Origin: a virus
Reading direction: 5' to 3' (one strand)
DNA: 64,000 bases
IMG/VR virus record: IMGVR_UViG_3300009124_000009
Location: 7,014 to 71,013 of that record
The notes beneath the pieces are model-generated. The model saw only the letters and a program-made list of their open reading frames with translations, was not told the DNA's origin and did no database searches. Below, piece by piece: positions 1 to 10,000 of this stretch. The number at the start of each line of letters is the position of its first letter. Positions within the stretch are counted from its first letter, which is position 1. A program made the position numbers and the translations under genes.

Positions 1-3000
1 CAAACCAGTTGCGGTAACATAGTTAGAACCACCAGAAAGAGTACCAAAGTTGAATGTGGCAACTCCACCTGCGTTGGGGTTAGCAATCGTGATGGTATCC
101 GCGATTTCATAATCAGTACCACCAGCATTTACAACTATAGCAGTTACTGCACCAGCAGTAGTTGTAATATCAACTGTCAACCCAGTACCAACACCGTCAG
201 AAGTTGTTGCTACTGCCGTTGCATCAGAGAAACCTCCAATACCATCATTGCTAATAGCACCTGCAGTAACAACAGCACCAGGTGTAGGATCACCCGACAG
301 GTTCAGAGTCAGTGTAGTTGTAGTTGCGAGGTTGTTGAGCATTGCTTGCAGTTGAGCAAATGCGTTGTCCAACTTATCCTGAACTCTTGCTTCTGTGTAG
401 TAGAGGTTAGTTCCCTCAGACAGATCAGAAGTGGTCTTCTGAGAAAGGTCGAGATTTGCACCAGTTGCAGCAGCAACTCTTACATCAGCACGAGCATCTG
501 TATAGTAAAGGTTTGTAGAACCTTCAGACAGATCATCAGTAGTTGCAGCAGCAATCTTAGTATCGAAGGATGCCTCAGCACGAGCGTCTGTGTAGTATAG
601 ATTTGTAGAACCCTCAGACAGATCGTCGGTAGTTGCAGCAGCGATACGAGCATCTGCTCTAGCATCTGTGTAGTAAAGATTTGTAGAACCTTCTGCTACG
701 TCGTCGGTTGTCTTAGTTGCAAGACTTGTATCAAAACGTGTTTCAGTGTAGAAGACGTTGGTAACACCCTCAGTGATGTCATCAGTTGTCTTAGTTGCAA
801 GTTGAGTATCCCATCTTGCAGTGGTATAGTACAGATTTGTGCCTTCTGTCAGGTCATCTGTAGTCTTACCTGCAAGACTTGTGTCGAAGCGACCCTCAGT
901 GTAGAAGATGTTAGTAACACCTTCGGTTACGTTGTCGGTATCAATATCTGCCTGAGTTACACTCAGTTCACCGCCAACGCTAAGTTCAATACCAGTGCCG
1001 TATGTGAAGTGAGTTCTGGTACGAGCAGCAGTGGTAAAGAGATTAGTAACACCTTCAGTTACGTTGTCGGTGTCAATGTCTGCTTGAGTGACGCTTAGTT
1101 CACCTGCATTGAGTTCAATGCCCGTACCATAAGTGAAGTGTGTACGGGTGCGAGCAGCAGTTGTGAAGAGGTTAGTAGTACCCTCAACAACATCGTCAGT
1201 ATCAAACTCGCTGAATTCAGCACTCAGAGTCAGTAGGTTACCTGCATCGTTGTAAGTAGCAGTAATACCAGTACCACCAGAAATCAGAGCAGCAACGCGG
1301 TCATCAACACGCTCATTGGTGTAGTAGAGGTTTGTGCCCTCAGTCAGATCTGTAGTAGAGTGGTTTGCAATGCTGGAAACTTCACCAGTTACATCACCAA
1401 TAACACCACCATTTGCAGTGATTGTACCAGTGAATGTAGAGGTTCCAGTTACTGCCAGAGTGCTGGACAGAGTGGTTGCGCCAGTAACTCCAAGTGTGGA
1501 ACTTAGAGTTGCAGCACCAGTTACGCCAAGTGTATCGGATAGAGTGGTTGCACCAGTAACTCCAAGAGTGCTGCTCAGAGTTGTAGCACCCGTTACGCCT
1601 AAAGTGCTACCGAAAGTTACAGCACCATCGGCATTTAGTGTGCTTGCGGTATCTACAGCACCAGTTGTGCCATCTACAGTAAAGTTATTTGTGTCAACTG
1701 CAATGCCACCATTGGCATTCAGAAGACCCGTGAGGGTGGTTACACCCGTTACACCCAGTGTTCCGCCTACAGTTGCGTTACTGCTTGCTGCAAGCGTTAC
1801 AACGTTGACTGCACCAGCAGCAAAACCACCACTACCATCACGAAGGACGAGGTTGTTTGCAGCGTTTGTGGTAGCAGATAGAATGTTGATCGTTGGATTG
1901 CCTGCAACACCATCACCCTGAGTGACTGTGATACCAGAACCAGATGCAGGAGAGGTAACCAGAGTGCGCTGAGCATAGGTGTTAGCAGCAGTTCTGCTTA
2001 CGAAACCTGTACCAGACATTGCTGCCAGACCATCCATGTCTGCATCATCAAACGTAGTGGTCAGAGTTACGTTCTGAGAACCATCGAAGGATACAGTTGC
2101 ATTGACAACACCATCAATCGTGAAGGTGCGAGCAGTGCGAAGTTCATCAGCAGTTGTTGCGTTACCCTGAATACCTGCGTTAGCACCAATGCCATTGTTG
2201 ACAGTAATTTGATTAGCAGAGAAGTTACCATTAGTTCTGGAAACAACGCTGTTACCAGAAGTGTCAGTGCTGCTTGTGGTTAGACCATCAAGAAGGTCAG
2301 CGTTCAAGTTATTGACCTTTGTATTAGATGCAACAACCAGAGGTGGTTGACCAGTGACTGTAGAAATGATTTGACCATCAACAGTCAGATCACCATTTAC
2401 AATTGCATCAGCATCAACATCGAGGATTGTGCCAGTACCAGTCAAACGCAATTGATTTGCTCTGAGGTTGCCGTCTGTACCAGAGAATACTTCGCTGCTG
2501 TTTGTTGCAGAAGTCAGGAAGACAAACTCGTTAGCAGAGTCGTCATAACCAAAGAAACCAAGTCTAGCACTTCCACTATAATAGCGGAACTCAATACCAC
2601 GATCTTTGTTGTCATCTGATGTAGGAGCACTATCACCACCAAGAGTGAAGATAGGATCATCAATCGTAACCGTGGTGCTGTTTACAGTTGTTGTGCTACC
2701 GTTTACAACCAGGTCACCACCAACAATCAGATTGTTGTGGAACTCACCATTACCTGTGCTGTTGTCAACACTGAATGCAGCACGAGAATTTGCAGCATCC
2801 CAGATGTAGAAGTCGCCACCGATGTAAGCATTCTTCTCTGCTCTGAAACCACCTTCTGTCGATAGAGAAACTGTATTATCAGTATAAGAAGTGATATCAG
2901 AAGTATTACTAATCGAAACACGACCACTGAAACCAGTGTTACCAGACTGAGTTGTGCTACCAGAGATCTCAAAGTCTCCGTAGACACGCATGTTGCCGCC

Positions 3001-6000
3001 AACAGAGAGGTTCTTAGCAACACCTGCACCTCCAGTAATTCTTACGGCACCATCAGCAGCATAGAGTCCTGTGAGTGTTTGGTCAGCAGCATTAGTGAAA
3101 CTGGATACACCAGTAACTCCTAAAGTGTTATTCAGTTGAGTGGCATTGCCAACTGTTAGAGTACCAACGATATTAGTGTTACCACTATCAGAAGCAACGG
3201 TAAATCTATCTACAGCAGAACCATTTTGGACTGCAAACTCTCTACCTGCTTCATTGATGATTAGAGTATCATTGATTACAGTCTGACCCTGAATCGTTAC
3301 CGTACCCTGTATATCAGTATTACCGTTGTCTGTATCTACAGTGAACTTATCTACGCCAGAACCATTCTGAATGGCAAACTCTTCGTTTGCAGCATTGATA
3401 ATTACCGAATCGAAAATAGTCGTCTGACCATCTACAACAAGAGTGCTATTGAAATCAACTGCACCATCTACATTCAGGGTGCTATCAAAGTCTACCGCTT
3501 GGTTGACAGTGACGTTATCAGTGAAAGTAGCGTCAGAGTTGACAGTAAGAATATCAGTATTAGCATTACCTAGAGTAATTTGAGAACCATTGACTGTTAG
3601 ATCTCTATCAAGTAGAGTATCACCATAAACGGTTAGAGTACCTACAGATGCAGTTCCTGCACCAGAGCGACCGATTGTAGTATTACCAGAAGCACCAATA
3701 ACTTGGAAATCGATAGTATCGCCATTATTTTTCTTACCAATAAAGAGATCTTCACCGATATGGAGATCAGTAGCAATACCAGCACCACCATAGACTCTCA
3801 GGTTCGAGGTATCATGTGTTGCATAGGAAGGAGTATATATTGCTCTTGTACCTGTGCGTAACTTATAACGAACTTCCAAGTAGTTCTGTCTGTTATAGTT
3901 CGCGGTAGTATCTTCTTTCTGAATGATCTGACCATTGACGTAAATGTCAGAGTTGTAGAGTGTATCCCCTTCTACATAACCACCACCGTCAAACTTGAAC
4001 GAACCATAATCAGAATTCTGAATGTCATAAAGACCAGTAGATCCATTCAGAGCAATCTGAGGTTCCGCAGTCTTTTCAAGTCTTACAAATTCAAGTACGT
4101 TTAGGGTGTTGTTTAGATCAACAGCATCGGTAACAGTAAGTGTACCTTCAATTTGAGTGTTACCGTTGTCAGTATCTACAGTAAACTTAGATACGCCAGC
4201 ATTGGTTTGAATATCGAACAGCGAGTTGTCGCCATTGATAGTTACGTTTGTTTGGAATGTTGCATCACCATCAACATTCAAAGTGCCATCAATATCTGTA
4301 TTACGCTGTACGTTTAGATCACGAGCAATAACAGTATCCCCAGTAGCAGAAGCAACAGTAAATACGGAATTGATGTCAAAATCATTAGAAATATCGACAG
4401 TACCACCGATATGAACGTTTTCACTGATACCCACACCACCAGTAACAACCAGAGTACCAGTTGTAGCAGAAGTTGACCCAACATTGGAAGTAAGGGCGAG
4501 GTTACCAGCAACCACGCCAGCATCAGTACCAGAGAATACTTCAGCAGTGTTCGTAGCGTCATATAGGAATCGGTAACCACCTGTAGTGCCTGCTAGTGTT
4601 CCGTAGTTGGCATCCCAACCAAAGAATCCTAGTCTTGCTTGACTATCATAATACCTGATCTCGATACCTCGGTCAAGCGTGTCTGGTGCAGTTGGAGCAG
4701 TGTCACCGCCAAGAGTAATTACAACATCATCCACCGTCATGGTGGTAGAGTTTACAGTTGTTGTAGTACCATCGACTTGGAGGTTACCTTTGATCTGAAC
4801 AAGACCAGTATCATCACCCTCAGTTGCAGGGTCAATGATAATAGTGGAATTGTCAGAGGTTATTGCATTTGCTCTGAACCAAATGTCTTCTGCTTTGACA
4901 TAGTTTGATGCGTTTGTGGATGATAGTACAACATCGTTGTCAGCAGTGATATTGATGGTGGCGCTGCCAGCACCAGCGTTGGTACTAACAATATCAAAAA
5001 CTCTATTTGTGGCAGAATTGACGTTGTGGAAAAGTTTGAGTGACCCAGCAGTACGCTCGATAGTTTGGAGAGGAGTTGTACCAGGGCGATCCAGATAGAT
5101 ATTGGCACCACTGATGTGAGTATCAACATTGATATCAACATCACCAGCGCCAGAATTTCCAGTATTATTAGCAGTAAATAGAAGAGAACCACTAGTATCA
5201 TTGACAGTTACATAATTTAGATAGTTGAAACCACGATAACCTGTGGTTGCGGTGAGTTCTTGGTCGAGTTCAAAATCTTCCTTAGTGTTGCCATCTGCAA
5301 AGGAGATTCTGTTGTTTTGAAGTTGAGTATTATCTACACCGAGGGCGGCAATGGTGACGTGCCCGTTGCCGTCAACGTCGAAATCTTCCTGTGCAAAGGA
5401 AGCCAATCCCTTCTGCTCTGTTGCCGCAGCCGCGAGGAACCTCCATCCTCCAGTATCGCTGCTATCAGTATGAGCTGGGGCACCAGCGCCCGCAAGAATA
5501 TCTTGAATGGCTTGATAGACGTTACCACCTTCTTCGATGATGTCATATCGGGAATACGATGTCCCAGCATTGTATGTAGCGTACTTACTGCCTTCACGAG
5601 CAGTAGCAATAGGCACATTTGTTGCGCTTTGCAGACGACCCCTGTCGTCAACAGTAAATTTGACTGCGTTTACGGTCTCTGTACCAAATGGTTCACCTGC
5701 AGGACCGTTAGCAGATACGGAAGTTAGAGATTCTGTGTTGTAATCGCCATCAACAACAGTTGTAGTTGCCAGATCAATCTGTGGGTTGCCAGCAGTACCA
5801 GAACCGTTTGTTACAACAATTTGACCTGCTGTAGAAAGAATGCTTCTAGTTGTCCAGTTACCATCACCAATACGAATACCAATACCAGTAGAGGTAAGAC
5901 CTGCAACTGCATTCAAGTCATTATCATATGGTTGAGCACCAGACCCTTCAATGCTGGTGTCTAGACCATAATCTTGAATAGTTGTTGGGTTTGAAGCGTT

Positions 6001-6459
6001 TGTGATTCTGCCCTTAGCATCAACAACAACACGAGTGTATTGACCACTCGATGTTTGTGTACCATCATAGTGAGGCAATGACGTGATAGTCTGCAGTTCA
6101 GCAGCGAGGTTCAGGTTGGTAGAACCATCAAAAGTACCAGAGGCAACGATATCTTGAGTGATTTGTACCTGTCTGACGTTCGCAAGACGAGACGCAGTAG
6201 AGGCATTACCAATAACCGTAGCAGTAATAGTACCCGCCGAGAAGTTACCGTCAGAGTCTCTCTGAACGAGGGAGTTTGCAGTGTTAGCAACGGATTCGAC
6301 TGGTCTCTCATATGCTAGGGAGTTCCACGCAGTTGAACCATCACCGATCTTGATACGACCAGAGTCTAGGTCAATGCCGACTTCACCCTGTGCCAATACA
6401 GGGTTTGCGTTTCTCCACTCCTGAGATCCGCCACGTCTTAGCTGGATTCTATTTGCCAT
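1..6459 (-). CDS. Long tail fibre / fibre-like virion protein (>2153 aa, 3' end runs off the window)
   Basis: Missing from the ORF track because there is no stop in the window. Manual translation from ATG at 6459 (MANRIQLRRGGSQEWRNANPVLAQGEVGIDLDSGRIKIGDG...) stays open to position 1. The N-terminal IQLRRG...NPVLAQGE...KIGDG motif is typical of phage fibre proteins; G/T/N/D-rich repeats; late promoter just upstream. Confidence 0.9.
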   Translation of the reverse strand, partial: MANRIQLRRGGSQEWRNANPVLAQGEVGIDLDSGRIKIGDGSTAWNSLAYERPVESVANTANSLVQRDSDGNFSAGTITATVIGNASTASRLANVRQVQITQDIVASGTFDGSTNLNLAAELQTITSLPHYDGTQTSSGQYTRVVVDAKGRITNASNPTTIQDYGLDTSIEGSGAQPYDNDLNAVAGLTSTGIGIRIGDGNWTTRSILSTAGQIVVTNGSGTAGNPQIDLATTTVVDGDYNTESLTSVSANGPAGEPFGTETVNAVKFTVDDRGRLQSATNVPIATAREGSKYATYNAGTSYSRYDIIEEGGNVYQAIQDILAGAGAPAHTDSSDTGGWRFLAAAATEQKGLASFAQEDFDVDGNGHVTIAALGVDNTQLQNNRISFADGNTKEDFELDQELTATTGYRGFNYLNYVTVNDTSGSLLFTANNTGNSGAGDVDINVDTHISGANIYLDRPGTTPLQTIERTAGSLKLFHNVNSATNRVFDIVSTNAGAGSATINITADNDVVLSSTNASNYVKAEDIWFRANAITSDNSTIIIDPATEGDDTGLVQIKGNLQVDGTTTTVNSTTMTVDDVVITLGGDTAPTAPDTLDRGIEIRYYDSQARLGFFGWDANYGTLAGTTGGYRFLYDATNTAEVFSGTDAGVVAGNLALTSNVGSTSATTGTLVVTGGVGISENVHIGGTVDISNDFDINSVFTVASATGDTVIARDLNVQRNTDIDGTLNVDGDATFQTNVTINGDNSLFDIQTNAGVSKFTVDTDNGNTQIEGTLTVTDAVDLNNTLNVLEFVRLEKTAEPQIALNGSTGLYDIQNSDYGSFKFDGGGYVEGDTLYNSDIYVNGQIIQKEDTTANYNRQNYLEVRYKLRTGTRAIYTPSYATHDTSNLRVYGGAGIATDLHIGEDLFIGKKNNGDTIDFQVIGASGNTTIGRSGAGTASVGTLTVYGDTLLDRDLTVNGSQITLGNANTDILTVNSDATFTDNVTVNQAVDFDSTLNVDGAVDFNSTLVVDGQTTIFDSVIINAANEEFAIQNGSGVDKFTVDTDNGNTDIQGTVTIQGQTVINDTLIINEAGREFAVQNGSAVDRFTVASDSGNTNIVGTLTVGNATQLNNTLGVTGVSSFTNAADQTLTGLYAADGAVRITGGAGVAKNLSVGGNMRVYGDFEISGSTTQSGNTGFSGRVSISNTSDITSYTDNTVSLSTEGGFRAEKNAYIGGDFYIWDAANSRAAFSVDNSTGNGEFHNNLIVGGDLVVNGSTTTVNSTTVTIDDPIFTLGGDSAPTSDDNKDRGIEFRYYSGSARLGFFGYDDSANEFVFLTSATNSSEVFSGTDGNLRANQLRLTGTGTILDVDADAIVNGDLTVDGQIISTVTGQPPLVVASNTKVNNLNADLLDGLTTSSTDTSGNSVVSRTNGNFSANQITVNNGIGANAGIQGNATTADELRTARTFTIDGVVNATVSFDGSQNVTLTTTFDDADMDGLAAMSGTGFVSRTAANTYAQRTLVTSPASGSGITVTQGDGVAGNPTINILSATTNAANNLVLRDGSGGFAAGAVNVVTLAASSNATVGGTLGVTGVTTLTGLLNANGGIAVDTNNFTVDGTTGAVDTASTLNADGAVTFGSTLGVTGATTLSSTLGVTGATTLSDTLGVTGAATLSSTLGVTGATTLSSTLAVTGTSTFTGTITANGGVIGDVTGEVSSIANHSTTDLTEGTNLYYTNERVDDRVAALISGGTGITATYNDAGNLLTLSAEFSEFDTDDVVEGTTNLFTTAARTRTHFTYGTGIELNAGELSVTQADIDTDNVTEGVTNLFTTAARTRTHFTYGTGIELSVGGELSVTQADIDTDNVTEGVTNIFYTEGRFDTSLAGKTTDDLTEGTNLYYTTARWDTQLATKTTDDITEGVTNVFYTETRFDTSLATKTTDDVAEGSTNLYYTDARADARIAAATTDDLSEGSTNLYYTDARAEASFDTKIAAATTDDLSEGSTNLYYTDARADVRVAAATGANLDLSQKTTSDLSEGTNLYYTEARVQDKLDNAFAQLQAMLNNLATTTTLTLNLSGDPTPGAVVTAGAISNDGIGGFSDATAVATTSDGVGTGLTVDITTTAGAVTAIVVNAGGTDYEIADTITIANPNAGGVATFNFGTLSGGSNYVTATGL
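395..1345 (-). repeat. Coding repeats TDD(L/V)xEGxTN(L/I)(Y/F)(Y/T)T..R in the tail fibre (about 11 copies, with ~130-bp and ~60-80-bp near-duplications)
   Basis: Translation gives TTDDLSEGSTNLYYTDARA twice, TDDVAEGSTNLYYTDARA, and TNLFTTAARTRTHFTYGTGIEL..GELSVTQADIDTDNVTEG twice. Confidence 0.85.
1445..1615 (-). repeat. 36-bp tandem coding repeat (STLGVTGATTLS x ~5) in the tail fibre
   Basis: Unit agagtggttgcaccagtaactccaagtgtg... recurs with a 36-nt period; translation STLGVTGATTLS/STLGVTGATTLS/DTLGVTGAATLS/STLGVTGATTLS/STLAVTG. Confidence 0.85.
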
Positions 6460-6490
6460 TGGGTATCACAACTGGAATTTGCCTCTGAGT

Positions 6491-6497
6491 TATTTAT
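6491..6497 (-). promoter_or_regulatory. T4-type late promoter (ATAAATA)
   Basis: tatttat on + = ATAAATA on -, about 30 nt upstream of the tail fibre ATG; matches the gp55-dependent TATAAATA core. Confidence 0.75.
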
Positions 6498-6503
6498 GCG
6501 TAT

Positions 6504-6527
6504 AAAAAAGAGGGGCAGGTGCCCCTC
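6504..6527 (-). terminator. Rho-independent terminator
   Basis: Minus strand GAGGGGC-ACCT-GCCCCTC followed by TTTTTT, immediately after the stop of 6533..6760. Confidence 0.85.
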
Positions 6528-6532
6528 CCCTA

Positions 6533-6760
6533 TTATTCTGCTGTCACCTCATCAACTTCATCTGGTGGATGAGACATTGTTTCTTCTTCTGCATCATCTT
6601 GATAATAGGACAATGCTTCGATTGCACCTAGCAGTTTCAGTGCAACTCCTTCATTATCTCGAATCTTTTGAGATAGTTTTTGATTCTCCTCTTGGAGAGC
6701 ATCAAACCGCTCGCGAAACTGCTTTAGCATTTCCTCTTGCGAAACTTTTTCAATCGTCAT
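6533..6760 (-). CDS. Small coiled-coil hypothetical protein (75 aa)
   Basis: ORF track; overlaps the upstream gene; heptad-like, acidic. Confidence 0.75.
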   Translation of the reverse strand: MTIEKVSQEEMLKQFRERFDALQEENQKLSQKIRDNEGVALKLLGAIEALSYYQDDAEEETMSHPPDEVDEVTAE

Positions 6761-7001
6761 AATTTAGACCTTTCTGATTTTGAACTAACGTTAGTAAGAG
6801 AGATTTGATATCACTCATCTCAGATTTTAGCACAGCAACATCGTCTTGTAAACGACCGACTTGTGCTTCCTTTGCCTGTTCTGCTTCTAGTCCTGCCATA
6901 TAGGCATCATAGGTAGAACGATTCACCATGGTAATTTCACCGTTGGGTCCCCGAACTAAATCGGGGTCACCCTCAACACGTTGTACTTTTGACCAATCCA
7001 T
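6750..7001 (-). CDS. Small hypothetical protein with C-terminal coiled coil (83 aa)
   Basis: ORF track; start abuts the stop of the 2441-aa gene. Confidence 0.75.
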   Translation of the reverse strand: MDWSKVQRVEGDPDLVRGPNGEITMVNRSTYDAYMAGLEAEQAKEAQVGRLQDDVAVLKSEMSDIKSLLLTLVQNQKGLNYDD

Positions 7002-10000
7002 TAGATAGCGAGTGCAATTGCTCTGAAGTCTTGTAGGACAGGAACTCTAGATTGGTTTGGAGAAGACATAATAATCTTGATCTGATATTGATCAAACTTC
7101 AAACCAGAAATCTCATAAGAATACTCTAGGAATTGCTCATTTCTAGTAGTACCTGGGATAGAAGAAGTATCGTCTTCTGGGAAGAAAGTAAAATCAACTT
7201 CTTCTAGAGACTCTGTAGAACCTACAGGACGTACCCTATATAGTGCTCTAATGTTAGTGTCTTCTGGACGGAATGCCGTAAACACTAGTTTGATAGCACC
7301 AGACTTATTAGAAAGACTTGCGATCTTAGTGATGTATGCAGCATCGTGCGTATCACCAACAAATCTAGTAGCAACGTTGCTATCGCTAGGATCATTGATC
7401 CTGTTCATAGTGGTGATAATAGAAGTTCTATCCAAGTCAATGTATGGAGTTAGATATTCTTTATCACTCTTCATGGTCAATTCCATTCTTAGCGACTTAT
7501 TACCACTGAGTTCTTCAGATTCATTTAGAGCAGAAGCAACCATCTTTGGAGAATCGAAGTAGTTATTCTGATCAAGTACGATTGGAATATAACTTCCATC
7601 GTTTACAAACGACTCCTGATCCAATGATGATGTATTTCCATCACCAATAGAAGTACCACTAATTACTTGAACTCTCGCACCAATATCAGTTTGTGGTAGT
7701 ACAACCTTAGCAAAGGAAGGTGCAATCAAATCAAACTGGATATTTTGAGATGCGGTAACATCATATCCACCACCAGTGATACCGTTTGTTGCAACAAAAC
7801 CAGTGCTTAGTGTGTAACTATCGAGAGTTGGAGACTCAATAGTATTGTGAACTTTGTTGATGGAAGTTAGTGGAATACCATCCAAATTATAACATTGTAC
7901 AATAGCACCTTCAGAGAAGGAAGACGCAGTAGTATTATCTTGTGCTCTTGCAAGTACTGTAATAGTATTGGTGGTCGTATCAATAGCAGAATAACTAATA
8001 ATTTCTTCTGGTGAAAATACTCCAGGAACAGGAACTGGAAGAGCATTTACATCTTGATCAGGACCAACTTTTTCTGCAATAATCTTGATATATCCAGGGT
8101 TCTGGGCACTCACATCATATCCATTGACAACAGTATGGAACTCTGATGCATCAGCAACGACAATTGTAGTATCGGTTGTACCGATGCTGTTAGAAAGAGT
8201 TGTATCGTTCACTTCAGATCTAACGCCACGAATTTGTACATTGTTGCGTGAATCATGCATACAGTGGTTAGAATGATTGATTACAACCTTTCTTTGAGAA
8301 GTTTCATAAGTAACTTCTTGTCCGATTGTTGCGAACACAAAAGCACTGGCATTGGACATATCACCACTAAAGGTGATAGTATCAATTTCTGCACTTCTGA
8401 CATTAGCCTGTTGCTCAATAGCAGTCTTTTCGTTGATTGTTTCACCAGATTCAAACATGTCTGCTGCAGCATTAGCATGTACATACTTCACTACTAGAGT
8501 GTCTGTACCACTATCCCAAGATTGGATTTCTGCTGTCGCATTATTGCTGGTTTTGATGTAGTTACCAACAGTGAAGTCTCCTCCACTATAAGCACCACCA
8601 CCAGTATCAACAACTGTAATTGTTGCTAGAGATTTAGAAGATGTGATTGCTTGGTTGAGAGCAAAGACGCCAGTTACGTCAGTTACTGTGACTACAGTGT
8701 TGCCACCAAGAAGTTCTGATGTCTTGACAGTACCAAAACCGAGATATGTATCACCACCAGAAATAGAAGCAATTCTAGCACCAGGAGTGAAAGGAATAGT
8801 TCCTGACTGAGTTAGAACTAGTTTTTGATCTGGTTTGATTGTCTGAATTGGGTTGTTACCAAGATTCAGAATACCTTTGTTACCATAACCCAGTTCAGCG
8901 TTGTTGAATACTGCTCTACTATTCTTAGTAATATCAAACTTAGCAAGATATGCAGTAAACTTGAGGTCTTCGTACTGGTCAGCAGTCCAAGTAGATGCGT
9001 TCTGAGATTTGAATAGAACACCAGCATAAGGTTGCTCGGAGATCGTTCTATTTCCAGTAACGTCAACTTCACCCATTCGAGATACCCAAACTTGATACTC
9101 GTTAGAGTCAGATAGGAGAACAAAACAATGTTCTACAGACTGAGGCAAGAAGATAGGTGCTTGGAATGTAAATCTAGTTGGAATTGCTGCGTTATCAGAG
9201 ATCTGAACTTGGGTGGGATTTAGAGTAACGTCAGAGAATGGGAGAATCTTCTTGGTTGGATAACCATTCTCCATAGTACGAATCTGACAAGAGATTGGAA
9301 CTCTCGTATCTTTAGTGTAGAAGAATACATCGAATGATGTAATAAAACAACCGCCTGGTTTATCGATGATGAAGGACTGTGCAAGAGGGTCATACCAACC
9401 AATCTGACGAACTTCTTCTCTGGTTGATTGAATTGTACGCTCATCAGTTACAGTATCTCTTACAACCTCAGCATTACGAACAGCAAGAATATTTTCTTGA
9501 ACGACGTTTAGAACACCAGTTGCAGTATAAGTCGTTTCGGCAGAAGACGAGACCTGACCAGCAATTCTACTATCAGTCTCACTAGTAGTAAGACGAACAG
9601 TTCTTCTACCAGTACCCCAACGTGGATTTGTATCAACGTTTGGATCTGGAATAAACATTGCTGCTTTCAAGTTGCCGTATCTGTCGGCAATCAAACGGCG
9701 ATCTTTTACAACTGCACGAGCGCCAGATTCACCAATTAGAACTTCACCAACCTGAATGTTACCATAGTAGTCACCAGTGACTTGAACTGCCATTTGCTCA
9801 ACATCAATGTTTAGGAAAGCAGTAGATGCAGAGTAAGACTCACTCAGTTCAGTATCATTATATGGGTTGAATTCATAACCGTCATTTGGAGCAGCAACTT
9901 TCAGTTTACAACCAGAAGTTTGACCAACAACAGTCTCTCCAATATCAAATGGAATGCCGTTGCTTCTGCTGTCGAGGGTAGAATCCTTTACAAGTTCAAT

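Noticed and set aside
395-1615. Tandem repeats as non-coding repeats or a DGR template/variable pair
   Set aside because: They are in-frame coding repeats differing mostly at synonymous positions, with no adenine-specific pattern and no reverse transcriptase in the window.
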